Origin: Macrostomum lignano | Taxonomy: Eukaryota | Assembly: GCA_002269645.1 (NCBI GenBank) | Contig: NIVC01001482.1 | Location: 217,006-281,005, forward strand | Direction of reading: 5' to 3' | DNA length: 64,000 nt | Part shown: positions 34,076 to 48,659 of the stretch, piece by piece | Layout of the letters: each line of letters begins with the position of its first letter | Position numbering within the stretch: the first letter of the stretch is position 1 | Program-made: the position numbers and the translations under genes | Notes under the pieces: generated by a model | Databases searched by the model: none | Told to the model about the DNA's origin: nothing | The model's input: the letters and a program-made list of their open reading frames with translations, nothing else

Positions 34076-35449
34076 TGGGCTCTAAAAAATCGACAACCTC
34101 TTAGAGAAAATTCTTTACTTTTTTATCTATGATCCTAACTTCCATAACCAGTCACTAAACACCTCAGCTTTCCTTTTAATACAGCTTAGCCACACAATGG
34201 TCATCGATAGCTTAGCTACACAATTGTCATGCACAACTTGGCCACATAATGATCATAACGGCTGTATGTCTTGAATATCTGTCTGGTGCAAGTATTATCT
34301 GCGGTGTTGGTTTGAAGTTTTTGCGAGAAAGCGCGCCACCTTGAGGAATATCGACGAGGTCTCTAAGACTCGTCATGCTTTTTATGCCGCTTGCAGCTGC
34401 AAATCTAAGATCAAATATTTGAATATGTTATGAAAACAATTCAATCTTCAATTGGTTCAATGACAACAGAATCAAAGAATGCATGTTGACTCGCCAAAAT
34501 CTAAATGACAACCCCCCCCCCTAAGACAGATGACACGAATATTTTGAATCAAGCAGGAATGTGGTTTAAAATTACCGTATTTTAAACACCCAGTTTTTCC
34601 ACAGAAAAAACAAACGATGTGTTTGTTGTACTGCTCTGATTTCATGAGTCGCTTCTGCCTGAAAAGGACAAAGACAATCCTAAGCTATACAAAAAGTATC
34701 CCATTTTTGAAGAGGAGACGCCAGCAAAGAGAGAGGGATATGGGAGAGGTGATGAGAGCTTTCAGGTCGCGTCGCGCAGCTCTGCAGGATCGTTGCCCCT
34801 GCTCAGTGTCATCCAACCCAGAATGCACGGGCTCCCGCATGGAAATGATTCCAGTCTCAACAACAACAACAAAGACGCAATCTCGAATAGCTTCGATGCT
34901 CAATGACGCTTTTCATTTTTTAAAATGAGAAATTTTCATAGTTAATCCCATTTGCCTGTCATCTCAATGGAGCCGCGAGGGCTGCTGATCAAAACAAAAA
35001 AGCGATTGTTGAATCGTGCATTCAGCGAATTCAATCAGCCATTGAATTCACGCTCTGTAAACAGCAGCTGACAATAATATCTCAGGGTTCAAATGAAAAT
35101 TAAAGTGAATGGATTGCATGGATGGTTGCAGAAATGCTGCCAAAAAGAAAAGGCACCGTTGCTTGCCTGATCGATTCAGCTTGCCAATCTGCTAGCATTC
35201 ATCAACACGTGACATGAGCCTGTTCTTGATGACAAAACTATTTCACGGTAGATGGTATGTATGCCCGACAACTAAAGGTACTCGCAAAACGATGTGTAGC
35301 ACTCACTGGAGTCTGGTTTCATCTCACAGATTCGCACTGCACTTCTCAAAGAATATTTAACAGAAATTCAAGCATAGACCTGCAAGCAAGCAAAGTTTCC
35401 ATAGAGAGTTTCGTATGAGTTCGTCTATGGTGATGCTGAGAAATCCTCT

Positions 35450-35716
35450 ACGAAAGAGGACATTTGCTTGCATACCCAGGCACGCAGTCATGCACACGCT
35501 CACGCAGGGTGTAAGTGGCCCTTGACTTTCTATTCGTCAGGCATGTCTCTGTATCTTGTGGATCGGCCCCATGGGTGTGTGAATTGCACGACAACCTACT
35601 TTCGTTGCCAATTTTCGTGCATAGAAGCACCAAATGAACGAGGCGACGCATGGAATCGAACCACGGATCGAGGCGCAAGAGTCAGACGCATTTACCGCTG
35701 AGCTACAACTGCCCCC
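35450..35716 (-). mobile_element. tRNA-derived SINE (head 35716-35640; 3' boundary uncertain)
   Basis: Minus strand GGGGCAGTTGTAGCTCAGCGGTAAATGCGTCTGACTC...GTGGTTCGATTCC: canonical A box and B box, but no intact cloverleaf. Confidence 0.65.
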
Positions 35717-37461
35717 GTGACTCAACCTTGGTCAAAGCAAATCAAATTGCTTTGTAGGTCTTTGTAAGGCTCTTCATTTAACTTCAATTTAGTTAACAAT
35801 ACGGTTGCGCAACACGGCAGCACTATGCTGCACATGGGTGGCATAGGGGAGACAGAATCCGAGAGGCTGCATGCAGGGTCCTCTATAAGCAGCGCGGCAC
35901 AACCAACCAAAGAGGCCTGTCATAAAAAAGTTGATCGATCTATAATAACGCAAAAAAGCAACCGAGTGACGGATTCCTACAGATGCTTAGGTTTATGCAT
36001 ACACAAGACAGAGAGGGATAAATATTGCGCAAGTGGTCGCGTGGTCGTGTCGCGATTCCGATCTCAGTTCTGGCTTGATGCAGGACAATATTATTGACTG
36101 TCGTATAGGAGGAACTATATACACTGTTAGATGTCTTGTTCGTTTTTTTTTCAACGTTCCAACTCCCAAAACGGCCCGACCTTTGTGGGTCAAGTGTGAG
36201 TGGGTTGAACGAATGGTTGATGTTTTATTATGTAGGATTGAACACCGACTATTGCAGGTGAAGTTGAGTCTAACGGGCCGGGAGCCCTGTCTGGCAGAAC
36301 ACGGCAGAATTTCTATAATACATAACGTGTAATTTATTGTTTTGGCTTTCAAATAGAGAGAGCTTATACATATAGACTTCGGAGGGTGACCCCACCCGCA
36401 TTTGGAGGTTTAAAACATGACTACTAGAATAGACTGTCAGACTATGATGTGGGTCTGGCAGACATGATTCATATTGGGACATAATGTAAATTATTATGCT
36501 CAGGATTAGGAACAATGATGACGTTTTTTCGAATAAGTTTATTTTAGCCATTTTTTGGTTGCTCAATTTGATTTGTGAAAATCAGCTGCTTGCCTAAGGG
36601 CATAATTGTTTCGTTGTTGTTTCAACGACAAGCCAAAAAAAGAATTTAAAGTTCTGGAACTCATTTTAGTAGCTAACTATTAGCCCGCTTGAAGTGGAAA
36701 TTTCTAATTGGAGCTTTTGCTGTTTTGGGATTCCGTCGTAGCCATCGTGGTTTTAACCTCACTTCTCTCTTAGCTACAGGGAGCTGAAAGGGAGGCCGTT
36801 GACGCTCACCGGGATGGTTGCAGGAGAGTGGAAAAAAACAGCAAAGAATTGATAGATTTATCCGCTAATTTGATGCTACAGCTTCCCAAAGCGCAAAAGT
36901 GTGTTTTCCTCTCCCAACCGCCCCACCCTCTTGGACTGGAAAGTGAACCCCCGCCCTCCTCCCATGGAATATGCAAGTGAGCGTTCTTCGGGGGGGGGCC
37001 TCGACTGCGGCTATCGCAGAACCATCCCATGGGAAAAGAGGCTGCGGAGAATTCGAAAGAGGGGACAACAGCAAGCAGCCAGAGGAAAATTGGTTGGGGG
37101 TTGGGGGTCTAGAAGGCGAGGTCGGTTACAATGGTCGCTAAAAGCTGCATTCCAACAAACTCCGCTAGCTAATATAACAGATGGTCATTGCAATTGGCAT
37201 TCCACAACTGTGTATCGATATACATGCTGGGTTTTGTCCCCCGCAGACTGGCTGACTCCGATCCACTTTTGACTTTGACTTGACATGGCTGGCGTGCACT
37301 ACAAAGTTGGTTTAGTTAGAGAAACGGAGCGGTGCTTCGCTTTTAAAATTTTGGTTGGTCAAGAACCTCCATAATAATGTACGCATCATGTAACGCATTG
37401 AAGCATAAAACGTATAAGAATGAATTTTGAGTAATTTCAGGAAGGTAAGAATTGGGGATTT

Positions 37462-37730
37462 TTAGAGGTGTGAGGAATGTAATCGAATAGATTTTGAGAA
37501 GTGTGAGGAATGTAATCGAATAGATTTTGAGAAGTGTGAGGAATGTAATCGAATGGATTTTGAGAAGTGTGAGGAATGTAATCGAATGGATTTTGAGAAG
37601 TGTGAGGAATGTAATCGAATGGATTTTGAGAAGTGTGAGGAATGTAATCGAATGGATTTTGAGAAGTGTGAGGAATCTAATCGAATGGATTTTGAGAAGT
37701 GTGAGGAATGTAATCGAATGGATTTGAGAG
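37462..37730. repeat. 33-bp minisatellite (GATTTTGAGAAGTGTGAGGAATGTAATCGAATG)n
   Basis: About 8 units. Confidence 0.95.
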
Positions 37731-38894
37731 GTGTGGGGAGTGTAAGAATGGATTTTGAATAATTTGAGGAATTGTTGGAATTGTCCCATATAACATGCGT
37801 GGATACCCGCGGCCGCAAGTGATGAAGTGTGAAAGTTGAAGCAAAATCAGCTGACGAGTTGCTTCATTATCGTCACGGAATTGGGTCAGCTTATAACTTG
37901 ATGGAGCTCTTGCCCCTCTGGCCTTTCCCCTACATGTGCAGCCTGTCCGTTAACTCGTGTTATTGTAACGAAGGGGATTCTTGGATTCAACAACTTGATA
38001 CAGTCAAGGGATAATGGAGAAAGATGCGAAGAGAAATAAATAGGAAGATTATAGTTTCTTCCGTGTCAAGCATTATCGATATTCAATGGTTATAACAACT
38101 GTATCGTTTGGTTAAAAAAGCTTCTGGATTCTTGCTATGCTTTCGTCCCAATTTAAGGTCGGAAGCACGTGCAAGCTAAAAATGGAAAGTTTTTTTCTTG
38201 TCCATCAGCAGTTGCTATGCTGCTAGGTGTTGTGTTGTTGGACGTGTTACTATGCAAGAAAATCAACAACATCAAAAGACTTTTCTGATGTTGCATGTGT
38301 TTATATCTAATCCAATTGACCGACTAATTTATGTGAATCAAGGGAAACTTCACCATTTTCAATCCAAGCTCAAGGTTTATATCTCTTCTCAACCATTCGC
38401 AATAATCACCTCTCTCTTCTCCTCTCCTCTCTCCTCTATTCCATCTCCTCTCCTTCCCGCAGTCATGTGCTAGCCCCTGAGGCTGGGTGAGGTCAGGTTT
38501 TAAGTTTGCCGACCTAAAGTTGTGCCGCTGTTTACTTGTCAATATTATCAAGCTGGGGATTTTATATTTTTATTTTGTGTAGTACTAATAGTGCAGTGCG
38601 AAATTTAAAGTTGGACATTTTACTAATAATAATCCGTTGTACTTATTATATAGGTGCAGCTAGGCTGAGCCAGCGACACGAGTAATAATTATACAAATTA
38701 AAATGTTAATGCCACTATAATATAATCTTATCGAAATTTAACTTTGTTTTAATTCTACTTGTGTGGTTGCGGCCAAAACAAGCCAGTGTCCCAATTGGAG
38801 CCTGCCCAACCTTAACATTCTACAAGAAAGGAAGGCCCCAGGCTATGGGGTCGTGCGGTGGTAGGGGTTTGGGGCCGGGGTCTATTAAAATTAG

Positions 38895-38927
38895 GGGGTG
38901 TGGGGTGGAGGCGTGAGCCGAGCCAAT
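38895..38927 (+). promoter_or_regulatory. Candidate promoter elements (Sp/KLF GT-boxes and CCAAT box) for the distal unc5 first exon
   Basis: GGGGGTGTGGGGTGGAGG (38895-38911) and AGCCAATAG (CCAAT at 38923-38927), about 290 bp upstream of ATG 39210. Confidence 0.35.
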
Positions 38928-39209
38928 AGCGACAGGCTAATAAAAGCTAGACTAAGGGGGTTGGTTTGTAAGGAAGGAAGGAGGCCAGGCGGACTAAATA
39001 ATAATAAAACAACCGGAGAAGGCCCAAGTTCCGTTCAAGGCGGCGAAATTTTACTTTTTACAAAAAAGACAACAAATTTACACGAAACAAGCGGTGGATT
39101 TCTGTCTGCGTGTCGCCACTTGCGACGAGCGAAATACACAGAAGTAAGAAGAAGCTGCCTAAACTGCCTAATCCATCCGGAGCTAATTTCCGAAATCCGA
39201 GCTGAACGG

Positions 39210-39363
39210 ATGGATTCAGTTCAATCGAGAAGAGACATTCTTATTCTATTGCTGCTTGCATTGACTATTCATCTGCACAATATTGCTGTGGCTGAAGCTG
39301 CCAAGCCACCAACTGACTCTGTTATTGATACCGGAGCTAGACAGTCTAGCAGCAGTCATCTGG
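39210..39363 (+). CDS. Candidate distal first coding exon (signal peptide), probably of the unc5 gene
   Basis: MDSVQSRRDILILLLLALTIHLHNIAVAEAAKPP...SSHL-G|gtgagt: hydrophobic core, AxA cleavage-like site and a strong phase-1 donor compatible with phase-1 acceptors in the Ig1 exon (52570 or 52615). Confidence 0.6.
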
Positions 39364-39607
39364 GTGAGTTTGTAACTTTTAATTTGAAGTTCTTATCTAA
39401 TTTAGTTAATTGAATTGATAATTGTTTGCGAGACGCCAATAGTAATGCTTGTTAGTGTTTGGCCTTGAAAGCGCTTATTTAGTTAATTCACTTTCACTAC
39501 TATGTAGAACACTTTTTAGGGGTCAGTTTAACGGTTGAGTTTCTTTAGATTTACATGCTGACATGCGTGTCACGTGTACGTGTCACGGGGAGCCATTTTC
39601 TGTGTGA

Positions 39608-40846
39608 GGGCGCCAATCTTAGGTGTGTGGGCGGGGCGCCAATTTTAGGTGTGGGGGCGCCAATCTTAGGTGTGGGGGCGCCAATCTTAGGTGTGGGTGG
39701 GGGCACCAATCTTAGGTGTGTGGGCGGGGCGCCAATTTTAGGTGTGGGGGCGCCAATCTTAGGTGTGGGTGGGGCGCCAATCTTAGGTGTGGGTGGGGCG
39801 CCAATCTTAGGTGTGGGTGGGGGCGCCAATCTTAGGTGTGGGGCGCCAATCTTAGGTGTGGGTGGGGGCGCCAATCTTAGGTGTGGGGCGCCAATCTTAG
39901 GTGTGGCCGTGTGGGGGCGGGGCGCCAATCTTAGGTGTGGGGGCGCCAATCTTAGGTGTGGGGGCGCCAATCTTAGGTGTGGGGGCGCCAATCTTAGGTG
40001 TGGGGCGCCAATCTTAGGTTTGGGGCGCCAATCTTAGATGTGGGGGCGCCAATCTGAGTGTCAGGCCGGAGAGGCGCCAATCTGAGTGTCAGGTCAGAGA
40101 GGCGCCAATCTGAGGGTCAGGTCAGAGAGGCGCCAATCTGAGTGTCAGGTCAGAGAGGCGCCAATCTGAGTGTCAGGTCAGAGAGGCGCCAATCTGAGTG
40201 TCAGGTCAGAGAGGCGCCAATCTGAGTGTCAGGTCAGAGAGGCGCCAATCTGAGTGTCCGGTCAGGGGGCGCCAGTCTCTAACAGTCAGGTCAGGGGGCG
40301 CCAGTCTCTAACAGTCAGGTCAGGGGGCGCCAGTCTCGAACAGTCAGGTCAGGGGGCGCCAACTTCTGGCAGTCAGGTCAGGGGGCACCAGTCTCTAACA
40401 GTGAGGTCAGGGGGCGCCAGTCTCTAACAGTGAGGTCAGGGGGCGCCAGTCTCTAACAGTCAGGTCAGGGGGCGCCAGTCTCTAACAGTCAGGTCAGGGG
40501 GCGCCAGTCTAACAGTCAGGTCAGGGGGCGCCAGTCTCTAACAGTCAGGTCAGGGGGCGCCAGTCTCTAACAGTCAGGTCGGAGGGGCGCCAACCTCTGG
40601 CAGTCAGGTCGGAGGGGCGCCAACCTCTGGCAGTCAGGTCGGGGGGCGCCAACCTCTGGCAGTCAGGTCGGGGGCGCCAACCTCTGGCAGTCAGGTCGGG
40701 GGCGCCAACCTCTGGCAGTCAGGTCGGGGGGCGCCAACCTCTGGCAGTCAGGTCATGGAACGCCAACCTCTGCCCTCTGGCAGTCAGGTCGGGGGGCGCC
40801 AACCTCTGACAGTCAGGTCGGGGGGGGGCGCCAACCTCTGGCAGTC
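39608..40846. repeat. Compound minisatellite of 21-29 bp units sharing a GGCGCCA(A/G) core
   Basis: Successive blocks: GGGCGCCAATCTTAGGTGTGG, GCGCCAATCTGAGTGTCAGGTCAGAGAG, GGCGCCAGTCTCTAACAGTCAGGTCAGGG, GGCGCCAACCTCTGGCAGTCAGGTCGGGG. Confidence 0.95.
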
Positions 40847-41594
40847 TATATCATAATCTGTCATTTTCACCGAAAAGCAATCTATGCCATGATCCAATGA
40901 GTGGCATGACTGAAGTCTGAAATGGTAACAACAATAGAAGAGGCTCCCTCAGAAGGATCTTATACTTCATGATGTACGCGAGTCTTGCCAGTTGTCATTG
41001 CCTAGTTTCCAGTGATGTCAACCCGTATAAATTAAATCCGATCGCCATATCCGATCGCCATTATCACCATGATGATCGTATATCGCACAATGCAATGCAG
41101 ATCTAAATATGAAATATATAAGTATGCAGGGTAGTCAAGTAGATTTAGAAATGACATGTAAAAGCTATGAATATGTAAAGCCAGTAGTCTGCTCTAGGGC
41201 GGCCACTGATAATATCGTGCATCTCAGATATCCCCCATATAGTCTAAAATAGTAACTATGCGATGCAACTGAAGAAGGTTAAGAAGAAAGCCCTGGCTTC
41301 TATACAGGCCTATAATTATACACACCCCTTGATCGAACTATTCGAAACTCAAAGTTGAGGCGTTGGCTCGAGGTGCTTACTTAACACGCAAATACTGAGC
41401 TAAGAGCAGCCATGAAATGTTAAATAATTTAATAATTACCACTTTGAATTGACAGACTTGTTGAACATTGAAAGACAATTATGAAACTTGATACGCGGGA
41501 ATTGCACCGTTTCTTTTTACAGAGCAATGATTTTTCAAGGTGTCCTCCTAACCCTACATTTTGGGTGGCACGTGGGATTGGAATAAGCTTATAC

Positions 41595-41975
<381 letters not shown>

Positions 41976-42839
41976 TGGAATCCAACGGTCTACCTAATGC
42001 CATTACTTAACTAATAATTCGGTTAGGCTAAAAAGCAATATCGTTTAACAATATGCAAAATGACCAAGCAAGCGTGAGAGGAGGGAGGTAACTTATGCTG
42101 CGCAGCCTTGCATGGTTGACAGACGGACAGACCTGTTGCAAAAAAGCACGCTTGAGCGCTCCCCGTTCCCGTCTCGGAGAAGCAGCAACAGCAGCAGCAA
42201 AAGCAACGCTTGTCACTTTCGTTTATCCAAAATGTTTGCGTCCTGAGAGAGTGAGGGGGGCATGCCGCACAGCGCAAATGGGGTTTCAAGATTTTCTAGA
42301 ACAGTTCCTGCAGCATGCAGCAGTAATAATACCATCAGTGAAGCACGTGGATGCCATGCAGAGTCCGCATACACGACCATTTGCGCGGATAACGCATTTC
42401 ACGGTTTTTAATCGAAGGTTCCCGAATATCATATCTGTATAGATGGCATGTGCTGACTGATCGAGGCTCTGTAGATGTGGTGACGCACTGGTCTGTTGTG
42501 TTGTCTGTCGCTACTTCGTATTTAAGATCAACTGGCTATGAAAACAATGCTAAAAAAGCAGCATGTGAACCTAATTGAGGAATCCCTCATTTACATACTC
42601 GAATGCTTGACATTGACACAGGCACTCAGTCTGATTCTCGCTCTGATTTTTGCTAAAAGCAATATCAAAACAAAAATTCCTACTTTATCCTCTTTCTCTT
42701 TAAGCAGTTGATCCGTTCTTAATTTTTATTCGTCATTGATAAAAGACAGCCCCCTGATGACCTCAGTGCATGTAAATCATCTTTATATTTTTGGACGGGT
42801 TCATGAATTTTTTGGTAATCTATAGTTTAGCCTTCTTAA

Positions 42840-43615
42840 TGTAGACTACCTCTCTTCCACTTTACCTCTACTCTACCTCATTTTTCTCGTCTCTTCTACT
42901 TTCTATCTTCACTCTACCTCTGCTCACTATCTACATTCATTCTCTTCTCTCCTTTCTTCTCTCCACTCACCCTCTCCACCCTCACCTCTCCATCCCTCAC
43001 TCTCCCCTCTCCCCTCTCCCTCTCCATCCTTCATTCTCACTCCCCTCTCCCTCTCCATCCTCCACTCTCACTCTCCACTCTCCTCTCTCCCTCTCACTCT
43101 CCATCCTTCACTCTCACTCTCCACTCTCCCCTCTCCCCTCTCCATCTCAATCCTTCACTCTCACTCTCCTCTCTCACCTCTCCCTCTCCATCCTCCACTC
43201 TCACTCTCCACTCTCCCTCTCACTCTCTACTTTCCTCTCTCCCCTCTCCCTCTCCATCCTCCACTCTCACTCTCCACTCTCCCTCACTCTCCACTCTCCT
43301 CTCTCCCTCTCACTCTCTACTCTCCTCTCTCCCCTCTCCCTCTCCATCCTCCACTCTCACTCTCCACTCTCCCTCTCACTCTCCACTCTCCTCTCTCCCC
43401 TCTCCCTCTCCATCCTCCACTCTCACTCTCCACTCTCCCTCTCACTCTCCACTCTCCTCTCTCCCTCTCACGCTCCATCCTTCACTCTCACTCTCCACTC
43501 TCCCCTCTCCCCTCTCCATCTCAATCCTTCACTCTCACTCTCCACTCCCTCTCCATCCTCCAGTCTCCCTGTCCGCTCTCCCCTCTCCACTCTCCCTTTC
43601 TGCTTTCGCTCTCTC
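42840..43615. repeat. CT-rich low-complexity / degenerate (CTCTCC/CACTCT)n tract
   Basis: Direct reading. Confidence 0.9.
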
Positions 43616-44284
43616 TGATTACCGTCAAGTACATCCATTTCCCCTCCTTTTCTTACCTTAACTCATATTTCACCCTTGCAGACTATTTTAGGTCACACTC
43701 TAAATGATTACTTAGTGTGATTTAGGATTAGCATTGATTACATTAGAAGGTCAATCATAGTAGGGCATACTAATACTTGCCAACACACAGAGAGGTCAGA
43801 ATGTCTATCGCTCATCCTTGGCAGCCAGTGCCAGCTTGTCGCATCTGTCAACTTAAAATTTGGCGCGAATCCATCAGTGTTATTCTCGTAAAAAAATGGT
43901 CACCACAATATTTCTCTTGGCAACGACCTTGGTGACTGATGACGCAAACAAAGGCGATGTCAACTGTTTTTTGGCATAAATAAAGTTTTAGGGATAAACT
44001 TTCGTGATTTTGTAGGTAATGGTGGGTTCAAATTTGTTTTTTACCTATTTTAGATCCAATCAGATTACCAAATTTGCATTGCACAGTCATCAATCTTGTA
44101 TTTTTGTCAGGTAGCTTTAGATAATCTACTAAGCGAAAAACTAACCTAAACTCGGATATCCCGTCACCATCGCTACGAGTGGATAATGCTGTTTTGTGTA
44201 AATCCACAAGACCTGTCTGTCTGTAGTGCCACTGGCTCCGAAATCATGACTGAATTCTATCGGTGTGTGAACGTGAAAGAAGGA

Positions 44285-44690
44285 GTGAAGCGGAGTCCCA
44301 GTGAAGGAACAGAGAGAGGGTAGCTGAGTCCCAGTGAAGGAACAGAGGGAGGGTAGCGGAGTCCCAGTAATGAACAGAGGGAGGGTAGCGGAGTTCCAAG
44401 CAAGGAACAGAGGGAGGGTAGCGGAGTTCCAAGCAAGGAACAGAGGGAGGGTAGCGGAGTTCCAAGCAAGGAACAGAGGGAGGGTAGCGGAGTCCCAGTG
44501 AAGGAACAGAGGGATGGTAGCGGAGTCCCAGGGAAGGAATAGAGGGAGGGTAGCGGAGTCTCAGTGAAGGAACAGAGGGAGGGTAGCGGAGTCCCAGTGA
44601 AGGAACAGAGGGAGGGTAATGGAGTCCCAGTGAAGGAACAGAGGGAGGGTAGCGGAGTCTCAGTGAAGGAACAGAGGGAGGGTAGCGGAG
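44285..44690. repeat. 33-bp minisatellite (AGTCCCAGTGAAGGAACAGAGGGAGGGTAGCGG)n
   Basis: About 12 units. Confidence 0.95.
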
Positions 44691-45594
44691 ACATTAGTTT
44701 TGTTTACACTCGTTTAGTCCCTAGTTTCAAAAAAATATCGTACTACTTGACCAACATAATCACTATACTACTTGCCAGCAGTAGCGTTTCAAGCAGCTTA
44801 GTAGCTTAACTTTAGCGTTTCTGGAGCGGATTGTTTCGTTTTTACTTTCATGCTGAACTACTATACTGCCTTATTGCTACTTTTAAGTAGTAAAATACTG
44901 CGATGTTTGCTAAAAATTTTATCTACAATAAATTAGGGCCTTATTTAGTCAGAATTTTTAAAAACACCCGGAACTGTGCAACTTTTACTGCCATTTTCAT
45001 TTTCGTGTCCATGCTAAGTCCCAATCAGATGTAGATGGTAACATGGTACAAGTGACATGGCCAAGGGACATGGTGGTGCTTGATATGCGGGGGTTCAAGT
45101 TTCCGTCGCTTCCTGTCAGCTCTATAATCTCTACAGAAATGATAACCGATGTTTCAAGTTAGGCCTGGGTGCAAGGCTGCCAGGGGCCTCTCTGTGTCTG
45201 TGATGCGATGCGCCAGTGTGCAGGCTTTGTGGCGATAAAGGATTCTGTGAGTGACGTAATCAGTTGAGAGAGGCTTTCACAGATTAACGGCACAGATAAA
45301 GGGGGAGGGTGGGGACCAGTTCTGTATTTGGCCCGGGGCTTCTAGCAAGCCAAGCCCTTGTCGGGCAGTGTGCGGCTGGATGGATGTCTGGATAAGGGGA
45401 TGGGTCTAGGAGCTTTGATACATCGGAAATTTATTACATATTTGTGATTCCCCATAGAATCGGGCGACGACTGTGCAGTGAGCAGCGCTGTAGACTCTTT
45501 TTAATAAACTTATCAAACAGCATCATACTTTAGTCTTGCTTAGAGCTTTTCTAACGATTGCATTGGACGGATAGACCGACAGTCAGCCGCTAAG

Positions 45595-46125
<531 letters not shown>

Positions 46126-48659
46126 GCTTTTCTAATTGAAAACCGAAAAGAAAATATCAAAAAAGTATATTGAAAGACTATATTTAGTTCCCAGTTCTTT
46201 CCAATTCCCGATTTCAACTTCATATTGTTTACGCACGGTGGGTGGCCCCCTCTCCCTTCCCATCGAGTGTCTTAAAGCCTCCGTACAGTTTATTTAGTGG
46301 GATTCGAGGATGCCCGATTTTTTTTTACGAAAAAGGCTCCCCGCAACGCAACCTCTGTGCTGGGTCGCTTTCGTTTTGGTATCCTAACCACCTCATTAAA
46401 GGCAAGACTTGTAAGTAATGGCAAACCTCATCCATTCACTGCTGCATCCGCAGACGAAATCATAACTTTTCATCCTGAAAAGGCATGTTCAAAAGGGAGA
46501 GTGAGTGAGTGGGAGTGAGTGAGTGCGTGTGTCAGAGAGCGGCCTGCAGGCTCCATTCATTCAGCCGAATGCAGGTCCTGATCTTTATCCGAGACCGCCG
46601 CTTCCGTATAGGAAGAAGCCGAAGCCAGGCCTGTAAGCTCTTTGTTCGATCCTTTGACTGCAGGGAATGGCAAAAGGAGGATTGAGGGGCTATGGCCAGC
46701 ATCTTGCTGCGGTCATTAAAATTTGTCAGTATATGGGCAGGCCAAAGCTAACATATATCTAAGGCTTGAAGGATTTGTCCGATAAGAATTGGAGGGTTAA
46801 AATCGAGACCAACCCCGATTTGGGAAGTGTTGTTCGGCTCAGGAGAACTTACAATTCGGTCGCAAATGCTAATCCGGCACTCTATAGGCAGCACCTGTCT
46901 GGTTCATACATGCGCAACAGTCGGCCGAGTCGGCCGATCCGGCCGACCGATTTGGCAGCCAATCAAGGAAGTCGCAAAAATGCCCATCCGAAAAAATACC
47001 AAAGTAGTATTACTAAGTAGCTGACGAGGCATTTTGACCTAATAAGACAGTCATAGTTACTCCTGCCGTTTACCCAAAGTTGCGTTAATTTTGCGTATGG
47101 TTTTTTTAATTACATGTAAGTCGCATTTTGGCCAAAAACTACGTCGCATTTTTGTTAAAACTAAGTCGCATGGCCGACTGAATTTTGGAGGTTGCGCATG
47201 TATGGTCTGGTTGGTATTATATGAACGTGGCACCTGATCCATGCATCGCTCTTATCATGGTCCTATAACAGCTAGCCTTGTCTTTGTCTGGCTGGAAAGC
47301 TAACACAAACTGCGTATCTTGTAGTGCAGATCTATGCTGTAACGCAGTTAATGTCTGCATGCTTGGTTTGGTTGCTACCCCGGTTGCTACACGAAACAGT
47401 CGGTTCTGTGTAATAAGTGTAATAAGGCATTATTATAATTCAAGCCATCGAGTTTGCAGTTGCTGTTCAATGATAAGTAAGCAAGGATTTTTAGTGCCGA
47501 TGCACCTATTTTTCTGCCTCTCAGACAGACGTCAAGTGCGTTTATTACGAGCTATCATGTTTATTTGTTCCGCAAAATTTACAAGCCCGGCAATAGAAGG
47601 ATAATAATAATAATGTACACTGACATCAGCCACAGAGAGAAGACTAAAAAAGCACTTGATCGGGATAGGAAAGTGTACTTCGATTTTGGCAAAAACGATA
47701 TTTACCAACGAGACATACCTTAGTTCAGATTTCTTCTCAAAGAAAGTCATTAAAATTCCATATAACTTGTTTGACAACTAAATTACGCTCGAATAAAAGC
47801 GTAACTTTTCGACAAAGTCAGTGGATATTGTCAATTTAGCTGTAAAAAACAGCTCTGTGATTTAGTTTGTGGCACTATGTTCACTTTGATGTGCGAGTAG
47901 AGCATCAGCTAAGCATAGCCTAGTGAGATAGTTATAGTTTCCATAGAAGTTTTTTATTTCAGCTGAGACAGGACTGCTGTAGGTTACAGGAAAGTGTTGC
48001 GTACGTGTCGGTGTGTCCAGGTAAAAAGTTAGGCAAAAAGAAGCGCAAAGTTTGCTTTTAGTTAGTTAGATGCTTTTATCTGTGCAGCGCATCGCCACAC
48101 AGCGAGGGGGCAGTAGAGCCAACTTATTAAGAGGGGAGCCGGCAGAATCTGACTCTCTCATATAGTATCCATGGCTTCCCCATCCCCCCTAATTATTTTT
48201 GAGGCAGGTGTTAACAACAAACAGTGGATAGACAGCAGCATAGTACGTATTTGGGGCTTGGTTGCGGTCAGTGTTTGCAGATTTGTCTAATTATCCAGAA
48301 GCTCTGTGAGTGCCATGCAGACCATGGCCTCAAGGGCCTTAAAGTTGATAATTAGTCTGCTTTTACTAGCTCATCAATTTTGCCTTAATTTTTCTCTGCT
48401 CGCGTCTGGGCGTCTGGGCTTCATCGGAATCTGACAGAGCGATCTGAAAGCTGGGGATGCGTTGACCTTGAAATCCAAATAAGCAGGATCCCTGCCTGCT
48501 ACGGGCCGCGGTTGCTTGACTTTCGTCTTGAGAGGGTAATGATGTACGAGGAACTGCGAGTGGAGGAGAGATGAAGCAGTATATACTGGATATGAAAGCG
48601 ACGAATTACCTGAGATACACGGAGAGAGAGGTTGTGAGAGATGTCAAAATGAGAGAATA

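Noticed and set aside
35640-35716. Functional tRNA gene
   Set aside because: A and B boxes are present, but the acceptor and anticodon stems do not pair and there is no terminator T-run; better explained as a SINE head.
38898-39209. GTG-initiated N-terminal extension of the 171-aa ORF
   Set aside because: Only the part from ATG 39210 to the donor at 39363 looks like a signal-peptide exon; the upstream part looks like promoter/5' UTR.
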